A stretch of DNA of 62,937 nt, counting the filler, from Octopus bimaculoides (lineage: Eukaryota), in NCBI RefSeq assembly GCF_001194135.2. It is 6 parts of 6 records of this genome, joined end to end, with 100 filler letters (N's around TTAATTAATTAA, not from the genome) between each part and the next. Parts side by side here need not be neighbours in the genome. Positions count along the whole stretch, not along the records: positions 17,888 to 40,831 come from NC_068982.1; positions 40,932 to 54,918 come from NC_068995.1; 4 more parts are not named here. One strand, given 5' to 3'. The number at the start of each line of letters is the position of its first letter. Within the stretch, counting starts at the first letter, position 1. This document shows positions 40,672 to 52,749 of this stretch, piece by piece. The notes beneath the pieces are model-generated. The model made no database searches, had not been told where the DNA came from, and worked only from the letters and a program-made list of their open reading frames with translations. Position numbers and translations under genes: made by a program.

Positions 40672-40875
40672 ATGACAGTAGAATGTAAGCACTCGCTAAT
40701 AAAAACATACTAACAAAATACACATACAATTATATATACATGCAAATATTAAAATGATAGCATAAACACATACTTCCCAAGTTATAGCAGTTAGGATTAA
40801 TATAAATAAATATACTGCTGTAGTATATATANNNNNNNNNNNNNNNNNNNNNNNNNNNNNNNNNNNNNNNNNNNN

Positions 40876-40887
40876 TTAATTAATTAA
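40876..40887. other. Artificial gap linker TTAATTAATTAA
   Basis: 44N-linker-44N. Confidence 0.95.
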
Positions 40888-41635
40888 NNNNNNNNNNNNN
40901 NNNNNNNNNNNNNNNNNNNNNNNNNNNNNNNATATATATATATATATAATTCAAAAGAGTTCCAACTCTGTTTTTTATGTTTTATTTATATTCTTATAAA
41001 ATTAATGTGGAATATAAAATATGGAATATATAATATATATAGTAAAATGAAAGGAAGTATTGAATGTCTTATTGAATAAATGAAATATTGACTATCAAAT
41101 ATAAAAAGACTAGTATACTTTCCTGCTTTCTAACAGTCATCAAAGTCCCATGTGACAGAAATGTTTCAACTGTAGTTGACTGGCCGTCTTTTTGTCCTAT
41201 ATGCACATTCCTTTGGATAGCAGCAGAAAGTGTTTGGCTATTTTTAGAGATGATGCCAAACCATTTTTCAATGTTTATTTTTAGGAATGATGACATTTGA
41301 GAGATTTTTTGTGCTTTAGTTATAGGGATAAGATTTTAAAACTCCAAGTAAGATTCATTTAATCATTGTTTGTTAAGATTGGGTTTGAATTTCTTAATAA
41401 TGTCCTTTTCTTTCCGTTTTCTCTCAATTACATTCAGGTTGTAAAGTTTATGAAATGGAAATATAATATACTGGTGAATCTATGAATCATTGTTGGTGTT
41501 CTTATAACACATTTGATATGTTTGGAACTACACTTGGCAGTATCATGTCTCATGTTAAGCAGCAGGCTTACAGATGCATTTGTACGCCGAGCGATATTAC
41601 GCAATCATGAAATCTATCATCTCATCATCTTACTA

Positions 41636-42258
41636 TCAGGTCATCCCATAAGTTCTGTCCGAATTTTGAATAAAGAAAACAAGTGATCAAATGTTATATT
41701 TAATTGAAATTTAATCACTAATATACTTTCCCTGATTATCTATGGCTTCCTTCCATCTATTTACAAGCTTTTTAATCCCATCAATGTAAAACTCTTTTGG
41801 TTTCAAAGCGAAGAACTCTGAAATGTCAGTTTCGACCTGCTCCTGGCTTGCGAAAGTTATGTCCCCCAAATGATTCTGTAAACTACGAAACAAATGGTAG
41901 TCTGAAGGAGCAAGGTCTGGAGAATTAAGTGGATGATGAATTTTTTCCCAACCAAGCTCTTCGATCTTCTGTGATCTGATCTTTGCAGTGTGGGGTCGCG
42001 CATTGTCCTTAATGAAACGTCACTCCTTTTCAATTTACTAAAGCGGGTCTTTTTTTCTTCAAAGCTTTGTTCAAACGCTCTAATTGCTGAGAGTAGACTT
42101 GAGCATTGATTCTTGCATTAGCTGGTAACAATTCAAAGTGAATCACTCCTTTGCAATCCCACGAGATAGAGAGAAGAACTTTTCCCATGAAGTTCCCTTC
42201 GCGGTTGTGGTTGAGCGTTTATCCTTTTAACAAGATTGCTATAGATTGTATTGAGACC
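41636..42258 (-). mobile_element. Mariner transposon 3' half
   Basis: WDCKGVIHFELLP..YSQQLERL; DNARPH; SPDLAPSDYHLFRSLQN..NRWKEAIDNQGKYISD*; TA followed by TIR-like TCAGGTCATCCCATAAG at 41636. Confidence 0.9.
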
Positions 42259-42263
42259 CTCAA

Positions 42264-43685
42264 TCGCCGCTGTTTTTTTTTTCCTTTTCCGTTTAATCAT
42301 TTTGAATCTCTGTTAGACGTGAGTCGCATTGTTAATAATATGTTGATGGTCTCCCGTAAGGTTGAACCTAACTGTTGAACCTCATTGTGAAATCGTTGCG
42401 TTTTTAGTTACATTTTTTACTTGTGAAATTATGTATGTTTTATTCCCCATTTATGGGTGAAGCAGTAAGAAAAGTAAGGATGGAAAGCGAACCAGTTCCA
42501 GTGGACAGCTATGCTTCAGCCACTGGAAGAAGTTTAACTGCAGACGTGTTACAGGTTCGAGAGGTGAAGATGGAGAAAATAAGCTAAAGGAGTTCAATAG
42601 ACTTATCGAAAATATGGAATCAGTTTGAGGTTGGTCTCACCGCAAGATTTGACAGCTAGTGTAATGAAGCGGATAGTGGTATATAGAACGCTGTCCACAG
42701 CATCAAAAGAAATTCAAATAGCTACTGTGGAAGCCATAGAGGAGTGTTTGAAAGAGGTAAACAACCTCACAACATTCTATACCAGTGGGAAAAATTACGG
42801 CACAGTGGAGGTAAGATTCGAGAGCGAACAAGAAACGATAAACCACTCCACTGTGGCGCTAAGGACACCAGAGTGGGTAATTCTGCCGACTTACTGTGGC
42901 AGATGAGTGGCCAGGGTAAGAATTGGCAGAGTACCCCGGATATTGAGGAGGTGCGGCTCGTGGCATCCATTCTGTATAATATGCAGGAGGAAGCGATAGT
43001 TTTAAAAGTAACAATAACGAAAGAGGTAAACTTGTGGCGACACGGCCTCGAGGTGGCAATCCAAATCAGTTTACAAGACTTACACAAGATAGCGGAGGAG
43101 GGGAAACTTCCGGAGGAAGTGAGATTTAAGAGTGGTGGGAGAGAGAAGACCTCCAGCCTGTTACCAGTGTGGAGTAAGGGGTTACATGAGAGCAAGATAT
43201 ATGAGTGGGAAGTGTCCGGAGAAGGTAGAGGAGGAATACACGTAGTCAATAGGAAAAAAGAAAAGGAAGGAAAGGGTGGACTTACTGCCAAAAAGTCCAC
43301 TAAAGAAAAGGAAAACAAAATATAGAGGAAGCGACGCAGCAGGGGATTCCAAGAATATCAAGAAAGGAAGCCAAATTGGAAAATCAAGAGGAAATGCAGG
43401 AACAAGGAAGAACAAAAGAGCAAAAAAGAAATGATATATGGTGACATATTCGAAAAATACGGAGTTGAAAAAAGAATAACCAAAATGCAGTCGGTTATAA
43501 AAGTGAAGCTTACAATGTAATATTTTCCAGAGAGCTCCAAGACTCTTGCCATTGACAAGGAGAGATGTGCAAGATTGAGAGAATTGTTTGGAGATAAAGT
43601 AAACCTAGAAGGAGTGCGCGTGTTGTTCGATGACTTCCCGCCAGTAATACATTATGAGGACCTAATACCTTACATAAAATGGTAA
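42264..43685 (+). pseudogene. Decayed gag/ORF1-like unit 1 with conserved leader
   Basis: ATG 42480; SYASATG; GTVEVRF; degenerate zinc knuckle C-YQ-C-GVRG-Y-MRAR-Y (43159-43200); K/E-rich tail; stops and frameshifts; no RT follows. Confidence 0.65.
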
Positions 43686-43889
43686 AAAGGTAAATAAATG
43701 TTTGGAATTTTAATGACTTTAAATCTGATGCAAAAGGGAAAAAAACAGAGTAAAGAAAAAGGATATAGAAACGTTTAACTAAAATATTTAAAATGATACT
43801 GCTTGTGAATGTGGATCATGCAGCAATTTCACTTCCATTAATATAATTCAATCTTCAATCGTTCGTTCTATATTTTTTGTCCCCGTTTT

Positions 43890-44750
43890 GTTGTTCTGTC
43901 TGTTCTTGTGCCGTCCCCCACTGCGTATTAGCCTGAGTGCTCAAATAAAGAAAGGTGTAGTCGCCGCTGTTTTTCTGTTCCGTTTCCTCATTTTTGATCT
44001 CTGTTAGAGGTAAGTTATATTGTTAATTGTTTATTGAAGGTCTCCCCTCGTGGGTCTACCTTCCATTGTTGAAATTGTTGTTACTGTTTTTTGCATACGA
44101 GTTGTTGATTTGTGTTTGGTTTCTTTCCATTTAAGGGAGAACCTGAAAAGAGAGGAAGGATGGAATTTGGACAATCAGAAGGCCACAGTTATGCGGTAGC
44201 AGGTGGAAGAGAAGTGGAGTCAGTTGCGTTGGAGGATCGCGAAGTAAACGTAGAACCGAAGAAGCTAAACAGTGAAAAATCGTTGAAAGGGAAAGGAAAT
44301 ATTTTAAAATTAACACCACCAGAAGACCTAACGAACAGTGTGACAAACAGAACTGTAATATTTAAAACATTGTAGATGTCATCGAGAAAAATTGAAATTG
44401 CAAATATCGAAGATAATGTAGAATGCTTAAATGAACGCTTAATTCACCACTTTTATCACGATTGAAGAAAGTGTGGCACAGTGGGGGTGCGAACGCGAAT
44501 GAAGACGAAGCTATAAAACACACCACTGTGGCCATAAAAGCAGAAGAATGGGTACTGATGCCAACACACTGCGGATTGCCAGAGTGAGAATGAGAAAAGT
44601 GTCAACGGTAATAAACGAGACTTGGTTGGTTGTTGCTGCCACTACTGGAATTAAGATAACCAGAACTATTCATAAGATATTAAAAAAAGTGAAATTGCTT
44701 TTAAAAAAAGAAGAGAACAAAAATGATGCTAATGGAGAAAATACAGAGAA
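43890..44750 (+). pseudogene. Decayed gag/ORF1-like unit 2 with conserved leader
   Basis: ATG 44160; LTPPEDLTNSVTNRTVIFKTL and HTTVAIKAEEWVLMPTHCG align with unit 1 LVSPQDLTASVMKRIVVYRTL and HSTVALRTPEWVILPTYCG. Confidence 0.65.
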
Positions 44751-44899
44751 GAAAATTATTTATAAACTATTAGTAAAAACGTTCAAATGCCACTGCTTGA
44801 GATTGGGGCTCATGAAGCCATTTCAATCTTTATTTTTCGTTTTTCTATAATGTTTTTCTCATTATTCATTCGTGTTATGGGTTTTTTTTCCCACTTTAG

Positions 44900-45064
44900 T
44901 GTTCGGTCTGTCCTTGTGCTGTCCGCTCTGTGTAAGAGCCTAAGTGCTTAATAAAAGAATTAGTAGTCGCCGCTGTTTATTCTGTTCCGTTCAATCGTTT
45001 TTGATCCCTGTTAGACGTAAGTTGCATTGTTAATTGTCTGATTAAGGTCTCCCATAAAGGTGAA
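44900..45064 (+). repeat. Third copy of the gag-unit leader/terminal repeat
   Basis: AATAAA..TAGTCGCCGCTG..CTGTTAGACGTAAGT..GGTCTCCC, shared with 43890-44060 and (lacking the AATAAA part) 42264-42390. Confidence 0.85.
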
Positions 45065-45243
45065 CCGTTAGATTCTCTTCAACATTTAAATTTAATTTGC
45101 CAAAATATTTTCGTCACTTTGAGACCGCGACATGATCACTGAAAAAAATGGAGAAGGAATTTTTTTCAGTGATCATATTGCGGTTAAAAGCGACGAACAT
45201 ATTTTTGGCAAATTAAATTTAACTGTTGAAGTCAATCTAACGG
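45065..45243. mobile_element. Fold-back (hairpin) element, 85-bp arms, 9-nt loop
   Basis: 45065-45149 versus 45159-45243, about 88% identity by eye. Confidence 0.8.
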
Positions 45244-46151
45244 CTTTTGTGTGTTGTTAAATATGGCTTATAAACACCTTCCACGCTGCAATTGTTTTGG
45301 TATATATATATATATATATTTCGTATGTGTATTTCGTGTGCAAGATTCTTGATGTGGATACGTGTGTTGAAAGAAATACAATTAAACCTTGGGAGAGGCA
45401 TTATGCCGGTAATAAACACACGCACTGGTTCAGTCCTTTATTAATTTAATTTATATAGTTTTTTGTTAAANNNNNNNNNNNNNNNNNNNNNNNNNNNNNN
45501 NNNNNNNNNNNNNNNNNNNNNNNNNNNNNNNNNNNNNNNNNNNNNNNNNNNNNNNNNNNNNNNNNNNNNNNNNNNNNNNNNNNNNNNNNNNNNNNNNNNN
45601 NNNNNNNNNNNNNNNNNNNNNNNNNNNNNNNNNNNNNNNNNNNNNNNNNNNNNNNNNNNNNNNNNNNNNNNNNNNNNNNNNNNNNNNNNNNNNNNNNNNN
45701 NNNNNNNNNNNNNNNNNNNNNNNNNNNNNNNNNNNNNNNNNNNNNNNNNNNNNNNNNNNNNNNNNNNNNNNNNNNNNNNNNNNNNNNNNNNNNNNNNNNN
45801 NNNNNNNNNNNNNNNNNNNNNNNNNNNNNNNNNNNNNNNNNNNNNNNNNNNNNNNNNNNNNNNNNNNNNNNNNNNNNNNNNNNNNNNNNNNNNNNNNNNN
45901 NNNNNNNNNNNNNNNNNNNNNNNNNNNNNNNNNNNNNNNNNNNNNNNNNNNNNNNNNNNNNNNNNNNNNNNNNNNNNNNNNNNNNNNNNNNNNNNNNNNN
46001 NNNNNNNNNNNNNNNNNNNNNNNNNNNNNNNNNNNNNNNNNNNNNNNNNNNNNNNNNNNNNNNNNNNNNNNNNNNNNATAAGTCAATACAATGCGTTCGC
46101 ATATCTGCCAGTAGATATGGTATACTACAGAAAGCGTACAGTATTATATAT

Positions 46152-46250
46152 CTATTACTGCCGATCTTATCAATCGGTTTCGCACAAAGGCTTCATCGGA
46201 ATGTTAGGTAACAATCCGATTATGTAACCTTGTGCTCTTCAGATGTAGCT
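46152..46250 (-). ncRNA. Degenerate full-size type I hammerhead ribozyme motif
   Basis: CTGAAGA (46242-46236); stem II GCACAA/TTGTGC with a branched interior; GAAA (46181-46178); stem III CCGAT/ATCGG; but GCA instead of GUA and a weak stem I. Confidence 0.5.
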
Positions 46251-46827
46251 GTTTTAGAATTAATTATGGCAACTGCTCTCTAATGTTGGAGAAAAGACAC
46301 ATGTTTTTTTTTTTTTTTTAAATTAACAGCTCTGAAGAAAACCACTTTTTAAAAATATTTTCACTGTATGAAGTGTCTTTTTTTTTTATCAGAAACATTT
46401 AAATATGCAAACAACTAATATAAGATCGGAAGGTCACTGACATAATCAAAATCTCCTGTATATATTAATGCAAGGGAAACTGAGGCAATATCGAAAAAAG
46501 AAAATGTCAATCTTCACAAACTCATTTTTACAGAGAAAAATTAGAAAAAAATTGGAAAAAGAATCACGTTACAAACATTACAAACGTTGAATATGCCAAT
46601 ACACAAGTAATGTTTAATGAATGGAATAAACAACATTTGTAAAATTAAATTTACAGGAAGATGCACTAGGTGTAAAAGATGAGCATTAAATTAAAAAAAA
46701 TCAAGCGTACTGGAAATCAATTAGAAAGAGAAAATTTTCCAAAAACATTCGAACGAACAGAAAAGTAGGTGAAAATTAATAAATCTATAGAACAAATTAG
46801 AGAGAGAGAGAGAGAGAGACAGAGAGG

Positions 46828-46883
<56 letters not shown>

Positions 46884-48707
46884 CTAAATCTAATAAAATA
46901 CTAGAATAAGATATTATGGTTACAAAAATACAAATAAAAGTAATGATTAGTGAAAAGGGAAAATAGAATACGTACAAAATTTCATAAAAATATCAAGAAT
47001 ACAATAACTAACTAATTGTACAAGTCAATTCAACAAATAATCCAAGGGCGATAAACGATAATTTTCCACATGAAAGCATGATTAAAAATCGAAAAGAATT
47101 ATAATTGATAGCCAGTAACTCATACCAAGACAACACAGCTACTACAAATGCAAAATAATCACGCCCAATATGTACCACCTGGAGGATGCATGTTGAAACT
47201 GACCTTTGTTATCAAGGGACTGCATAAATTGGCCTTGCTTTCACACGATTTTTCTGCTGGTACATTACACCTTTCTTAATTCATTAACTGCTTCATATAT
47301 GCTCTTAATTTCTCATGTCTAATTGCCAGGCTCGCTATAGATTTTCCTTCAAAAAATTCATCCACACATGCATACCCACGCTCGCGCATACAAACTACTG
47401 AGAAACAGACAGTTACGCATATGGATAAAAGTCAGAAAGAAGTTGGACACAATATTGGCCTCAATCACAGCAATAATATAGCGATGAATTCACTCGAATT
47501 GGTTCGCATCTATGGTTATAGGTATTTAGTTACATTCTTCAATTAAAATATCTGTTCCGTCAATAGAGAAGCTAAGTTGATTTTCAGTTGCCGATTCAAA
47601 ATGCACTATATAATTTCTTACTATATTGAGAACTAGTGATCGCTGGGGCCAACACACTTCGCCTACCTCATTTCTCCATTTGCTACCAGTTTTAAAAACA
47701 TTAGTCCCTTAGTATCCTAGGAGATGGCGCTATATATAAATGATCAACTTATCATAGATTTACCTCCCTGTTTCACGGCAGGGGCAAGGCATTCAGGATT
47801 GAATGCCTTTATGTTTCCAGCCATAAACAAACCCCGTAAAGGAAAATGCGCTAGTAATGATTTTTCAGAGATGTAGTTATTACGCGCGTCATCGGCGACT
47901 TGTAATAGTCTAGTCACCCGTTTTATTGCCTATCAGTTTTGCTAAGTGAGAAAAGATGTTTAGTAATTGTAGCCCTCTCAAAGTAACTAGCTCTAGGGAG
48001 AACATGACGAATGGTTTTGTTTGTAACTAGATTTCTGATGTGGTGCTTTATATCGGCTGTCACTTTTGGAGCCGTAGCGCGGGGTTTTAGATACAATAAG
48101 TTTCGCTATCCTGCCATCCCTCTGTGAGTTTTGCTTTACATGGAGGATTTACTTTTGCCAAGATTTTGGAAAGCCTCAATGATTTTAAAAACACTGTAGT
48201 TGCATCTTCAAATATACACACTTCAACAATTTATCTTCTGATATTTCATGCTTTTTCGTTTTTGTAAAAATAAAGAATAGCAAATAAAGAATATCAGAGG
48301 TTTATATAAGAGGTAAGAAGAATATATAGTGCATATGTACACACACATGCAGGCAACAGTTGTTTTGAATTTTCCCATCATCCAAATAACAACTGAAAAA
48401 TAAAAATGTTTTCATTAATTCACACATTGATTTACATACATTGTATACCAAAGTTATTTGTGCGTTAAAATCCATGCAAACGAAAAGAGAAAACGAATCA
48501 TCTTAGATTTATACATGATTTATTCCACGTGGACTATTTGCTAAGGCTAACCCCGCCCCAGTTTTAGTAGAATGTATTGTTATTAATCACATTATGGTTT
48601 TTACTTTATATTGCATCTTTAACACTTGAATCGGTTATATTTCCTATATTCCTGATATCCTTGTGAGAATATGGATACCTTACTGATAATGTTCAAAACA
48701 GAAGGTA

Positions 48708-49330
48708 CAAGGTTCATTCCAGAAATCTAGATATTTCTTTATCAGGACAGTCTTTTATTTATTTCAAAGTGTTATAAAACTCGAATACTCTTCAAAGTAG
48801 ACTTCACTGACTCTATTGCAATGGGTGCAGCGTTCCAGCTACGTCGTGAAAGTCCTCCAAATTGCAGCTATCCAGGATCCTTGAAACAGTCTCTGTCATC
48901 TTCACCGTGAGTTTGGCGAACAACCAGATATCATAGGAACCAAATGGTGTAGAGCGATAGGAAGGGACTATTTTCGTGCTCATCTCAGTTAACTAGTTGG
49001 TTACCAAATGGAATTTTATACTGGCGCATTGTTCTGGTGCAGTTTCTTTGACTGTTTCGATGAAATATCTCCCTGAACTTCCTCAAATCCCAAAAGTAAT
49101 TCCTTGTTGATTGCTTGGTTAGAGGGAATCAAGTGGATGTAGATGATGCATTTACGGACAAAAAAGCGGATCATCATAAGATTTCTGATGGACTTGCTTT
49201 TCAGGGCTTCTTGTGCCAGCGAAAAACAGTTTCTCGGTTCATGCAATTAATGCGTAAGCGGCCTGGAGCCTTCCATGTGTTTCTGTAAAGTGATTGCCAA
49301 GTTTAATAAAAAAAATCTTATTGCGTATCG
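48708..49330 (-). mobile_element. Decayed mariner transposase fragment
   Basis: LHQNNAPV; PYRSTPFGSYDIWLFAKL (degenerate PYSPDLAPxDFWLF); WLERCTHC..YFE; TA plus TIR-like CAAGGTTCATTCC at 48708. Confidence 0.7.
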
Positions 49331-49859
49331 GTCTTCTTAATTGTCTTCATGTCCCTATTGCATTCTGGAAACATGTCAGCTGTAACAATCAGTAACAGGG
49401 ATGTTCAAAGTACTGTCCAAATCTTCTCCTTCAAAATGGAATAAAAAATGTCTGTAGGTCAGATTATAAGATATATATTAATGCTATACGAAACTCACAA
49501 CAACGTAGGGCAATTGTGGATACCTCTCCTAACAATAAATAAAAGAAACTATAAATCTATTCTTAAATAAATTCATGGAAATTTAGAATCTTACTACTGA
49601 TCTATTTTCCACCATATCTATTGCAAATGAGACATGATTCATTGTCCTGTATCATTGTTTTCCTTGGTGTTTTGTTAATGTGTAAATGATAAACTTGAGT
49701 GCGAGGACACCAGAGACAATCAGATAAATTCCGGCATTTTCTCTATCAACAATTTTTGGCATTCAGCAAGCGTTAACAAGTGTTAATTGCAGCACTATAT
49801 TAAAATGTCCGCAACACCTAACGTATGTATGATCCTGAACATCTGAAAACGGCGTTTTT

Positions 49860-50365
49860 TCTTTTGCTATAAGGAAGCTGTCATACTATAGATTCTAGAG
49901 TTTTTATGAGGGGTGTTACTTTGACATTTAACATTGTGCAAGAATTTGCGCAGGTCATTTCTTTGAAAAATACAAATATCGGATCAGAATTATACGATAG
50001 CTTCACAAATTGGGTGATTCAATTTAACTTAGACTTAACGAATCTGGCTGTTTTGAGCACTGATGGAGCATCAAAAATGATTCGTGAGAAAGAAGGTGTA
50101 GTATCTTTAATTCAAGGACGGCTTGGTGAACAATAAATACTATTGAAGCTGCATTGCATTATACATCATGGTGCGTCGTGTGCGAAGACACTCCGATTCA
50201 AGAACATCATGAAATCAGTGCATTTCATCCTATCGAGATGACTCAATCAATGCCAGTTTGGGAGTTCCTTAACCAGAGAGGGCTTGAGTATGCTGACCTA
50301 ACTTATTTCAGCAATATTCGTTGGCTAAGTCGAGGCAAAATGTTTGCACATTTTTTTATTTTTTG
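49860..50365 (+). mobile_element. hAT (Charlie/Buster-like) transposase fragment
   Basis: STDGASKM..EGVV, LHCIIHH..CAK, DLTYFSNIRWLSRGKMF. Confidence 0.85.
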
Positions 50366-50559
50366 AGAGAAGAAAAGGTCAAATACGACTTGACCGGGAC
50401 AATAATTATACGCGCTAGTTCCTATAACAGTCTATCCCACCCTTTTCCGCTCTTTCAAATGATTTTATGTATTAGTCTCTGGATATTATGGAAATATATG
50501 GCACCACAAGACGCACCCAATTGGTACAATTGTTCTATCTAAATCAGCGGTCAATTATT

Positions 50560-51520
50560 AAGACACTGAAAACGTTTTGTCGGCACTTTCAAGTGACAGA
50601 TTCTCCAAGAGAAAACACAGATAGGAACTGAGTTAGTCGCTTTCAAAAACGAGCGGCAGTAAGTAATCTTCTACGATATGGAGGCCTCGTACTATCAGAA
50701 CAAATGAGGCAAGAGAACGATTGCGAAAGAGTGTTGTATAAAATCCGGGCAATCTAGACAGAAGGTTGCCTAGACAGCATGGGATTCAAGAACTTCGCTG
50801 CAAAGACTTCTCCACAAACGTAATATTTTTCCGATACAATATAGAATTTCTTCAACAGTTGAAGCCTCATGACAATAAAAGCAAGTACCGATAAGCTGTC
50901 ACAATCCAGGAATTGGCACGAAATGACCCAATTTTTATACAGAAACTGGTCATGTCCGATGAAACTTACTTTCCTTTAAATGGGCTCATAAACAGACAAG
51001 ATTGCCGGTTTTGGGTCACTGAGAATCCGAAAGCAGTACAATAAAGAGAATGCACCACAAAGTGGACATTATGGTATGCAATTACGCGAATGAGATAATT
51101 GGGACTTATTTCTACTCAGGACAGCGATGGGAATGCTGTCACTGTGACTGGTGAGTAGTACATGTCCACAACCGAGAGCTTTTGGCGCTCGGCCATTCAA
51201 AGTAGGCCCGATGTTTAGTTCTAGCAAGATGGAGCAACGACTCATACCACAAGAAACATAATACAGTTACTGAGCTAATGTTTTAGAGAAAGAATCATCT
51301 CGCGCTACTGCAATGTAAAGATTCCCCACACTTGTCTAGCGCAGACGACTTATTGTGGGGATACCTAAAAGAGTAGTTTTATGACAGAAAATAATGTCTG
51401 CAAGTAAAGGAGAATATCACTAGAGAAATCAGGAAAATGGAATCTGACATTCTTACAGCAGTAATGGAACATATTTTGGAAGGGCACGCATAAGTATAGT
51501 TGAAAATATACGCAAATATA
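50560..51520 (+). mobile_element. Tc1/mariner superfamily (maT-like) transposase remnant
   Basis: MSDETYFPLNGLINRQDCRFW..ENP; GNAVTVTGE; QDGATTHT; LLWGYLKE; multiple stops. Confidence 0.8.
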
Positions 51521-51698
51521 CGAAATTGCGTCATGTTGCTATTAATTTAACAGACCCTACCACACTAAGTAGTTGACAAAATAGTAAAAACAATGCGCAA
51601 GCACGACATTAAAATATAAGATCGTGACAATTTACTCATCGTAACATTTATGTATATATANNNNNNNNNNNNNNNNNNNNNNNNNNNNNNNNNNNNNN

Positions 51699-51732
<34 letters not shown>

Positions 51733-52076
51733 CTATCAAATGCGCTCAATGTACCAGTCAATTAGATACTGTAGTTGAAACGTCGAACATTGTAATATTA
51801 CAATAGGCGACATTTTCTATCAACAGTGTGAGCGATTAAAAAAGGGCAAGTTAAGATGTTAAGGATAAGACTCGTGATTACAACTAACGTTCAATATGAA
51901 TTGATTAACAGCCAGTGGTTAGCTACAAGTTTAATTATTGTTTTTTTTTTGTGTGTGTTTAGCCAAACAATACTAGATAATTTCGGCGTGTCCGATCACG
52001 TTTAATCTTTTGGGAAAAACTAACACTTAACTGTCTCAAACGACATACTATATATAAGAAAATGATAAAAGATTAT

Positions 52077-52225
<149 letters not shown>

Positions 52226-52749
52226 ACAGAAGAAAAACATGTAGATAGAAAGATCAATAGGAAGAAAAAGAAAGGTAGGTAGAGAGGAGGAGTCTCGAAA
52301 GAAATAGTATACTCTATTTAAAGGCGATTACGTACAGAAGTTAATACTTCGTACAACACTGCTAGGCACGTACGGAAATCATCAACATTGCTTCATACAT
52401 TTGAACAAAATCTTTACTGCTACACCGATCCGGAGGTCACGATATCTAAAAACATTCATGATATGGCATGCTTAAATATATGAACAATTTTCTGTTTCCA
52501 TTTCATAAACATAGACCGTCAGACGAAAGGCAAGCTAATTCAAACTATTTGAGTTATAGCGAAATTATATACACAACATTTTAATCTGATAAACAATCTG
52601 TATGACAATACTTTTATTTAAGGGCACCTGTGAAAAAATCCTCTAGTTTCAAATATATTAAGGAAATATTCAGAAGGACGCAATATACGTTGAAACGTTT
52701 AACATCGAAGGAAAGATTAAAACGGAATATTTCTATTCAATTATTCACC

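Noticed and set aside
41088-41300. ORFs on both strands; FLWIAAESVWLF resembles a GPCR TM3 and IEKWFGII resembles a DDE transposase
   Set aside because: Single short motifs with no supporting neighbours.
51745-51795. GAAACGTCG flanked by CAATGT/ACATTG
   Set aside because: No CUGANGA core; at best an unrecognisably decayed hammerhead.
52630-52749. 40-aa N-terminal extension of the receptor ORF
   Set aside because: Starts at GTG, is basic and hydrophilic, and precedes a good Kozak ATG followed by a signal peptide.
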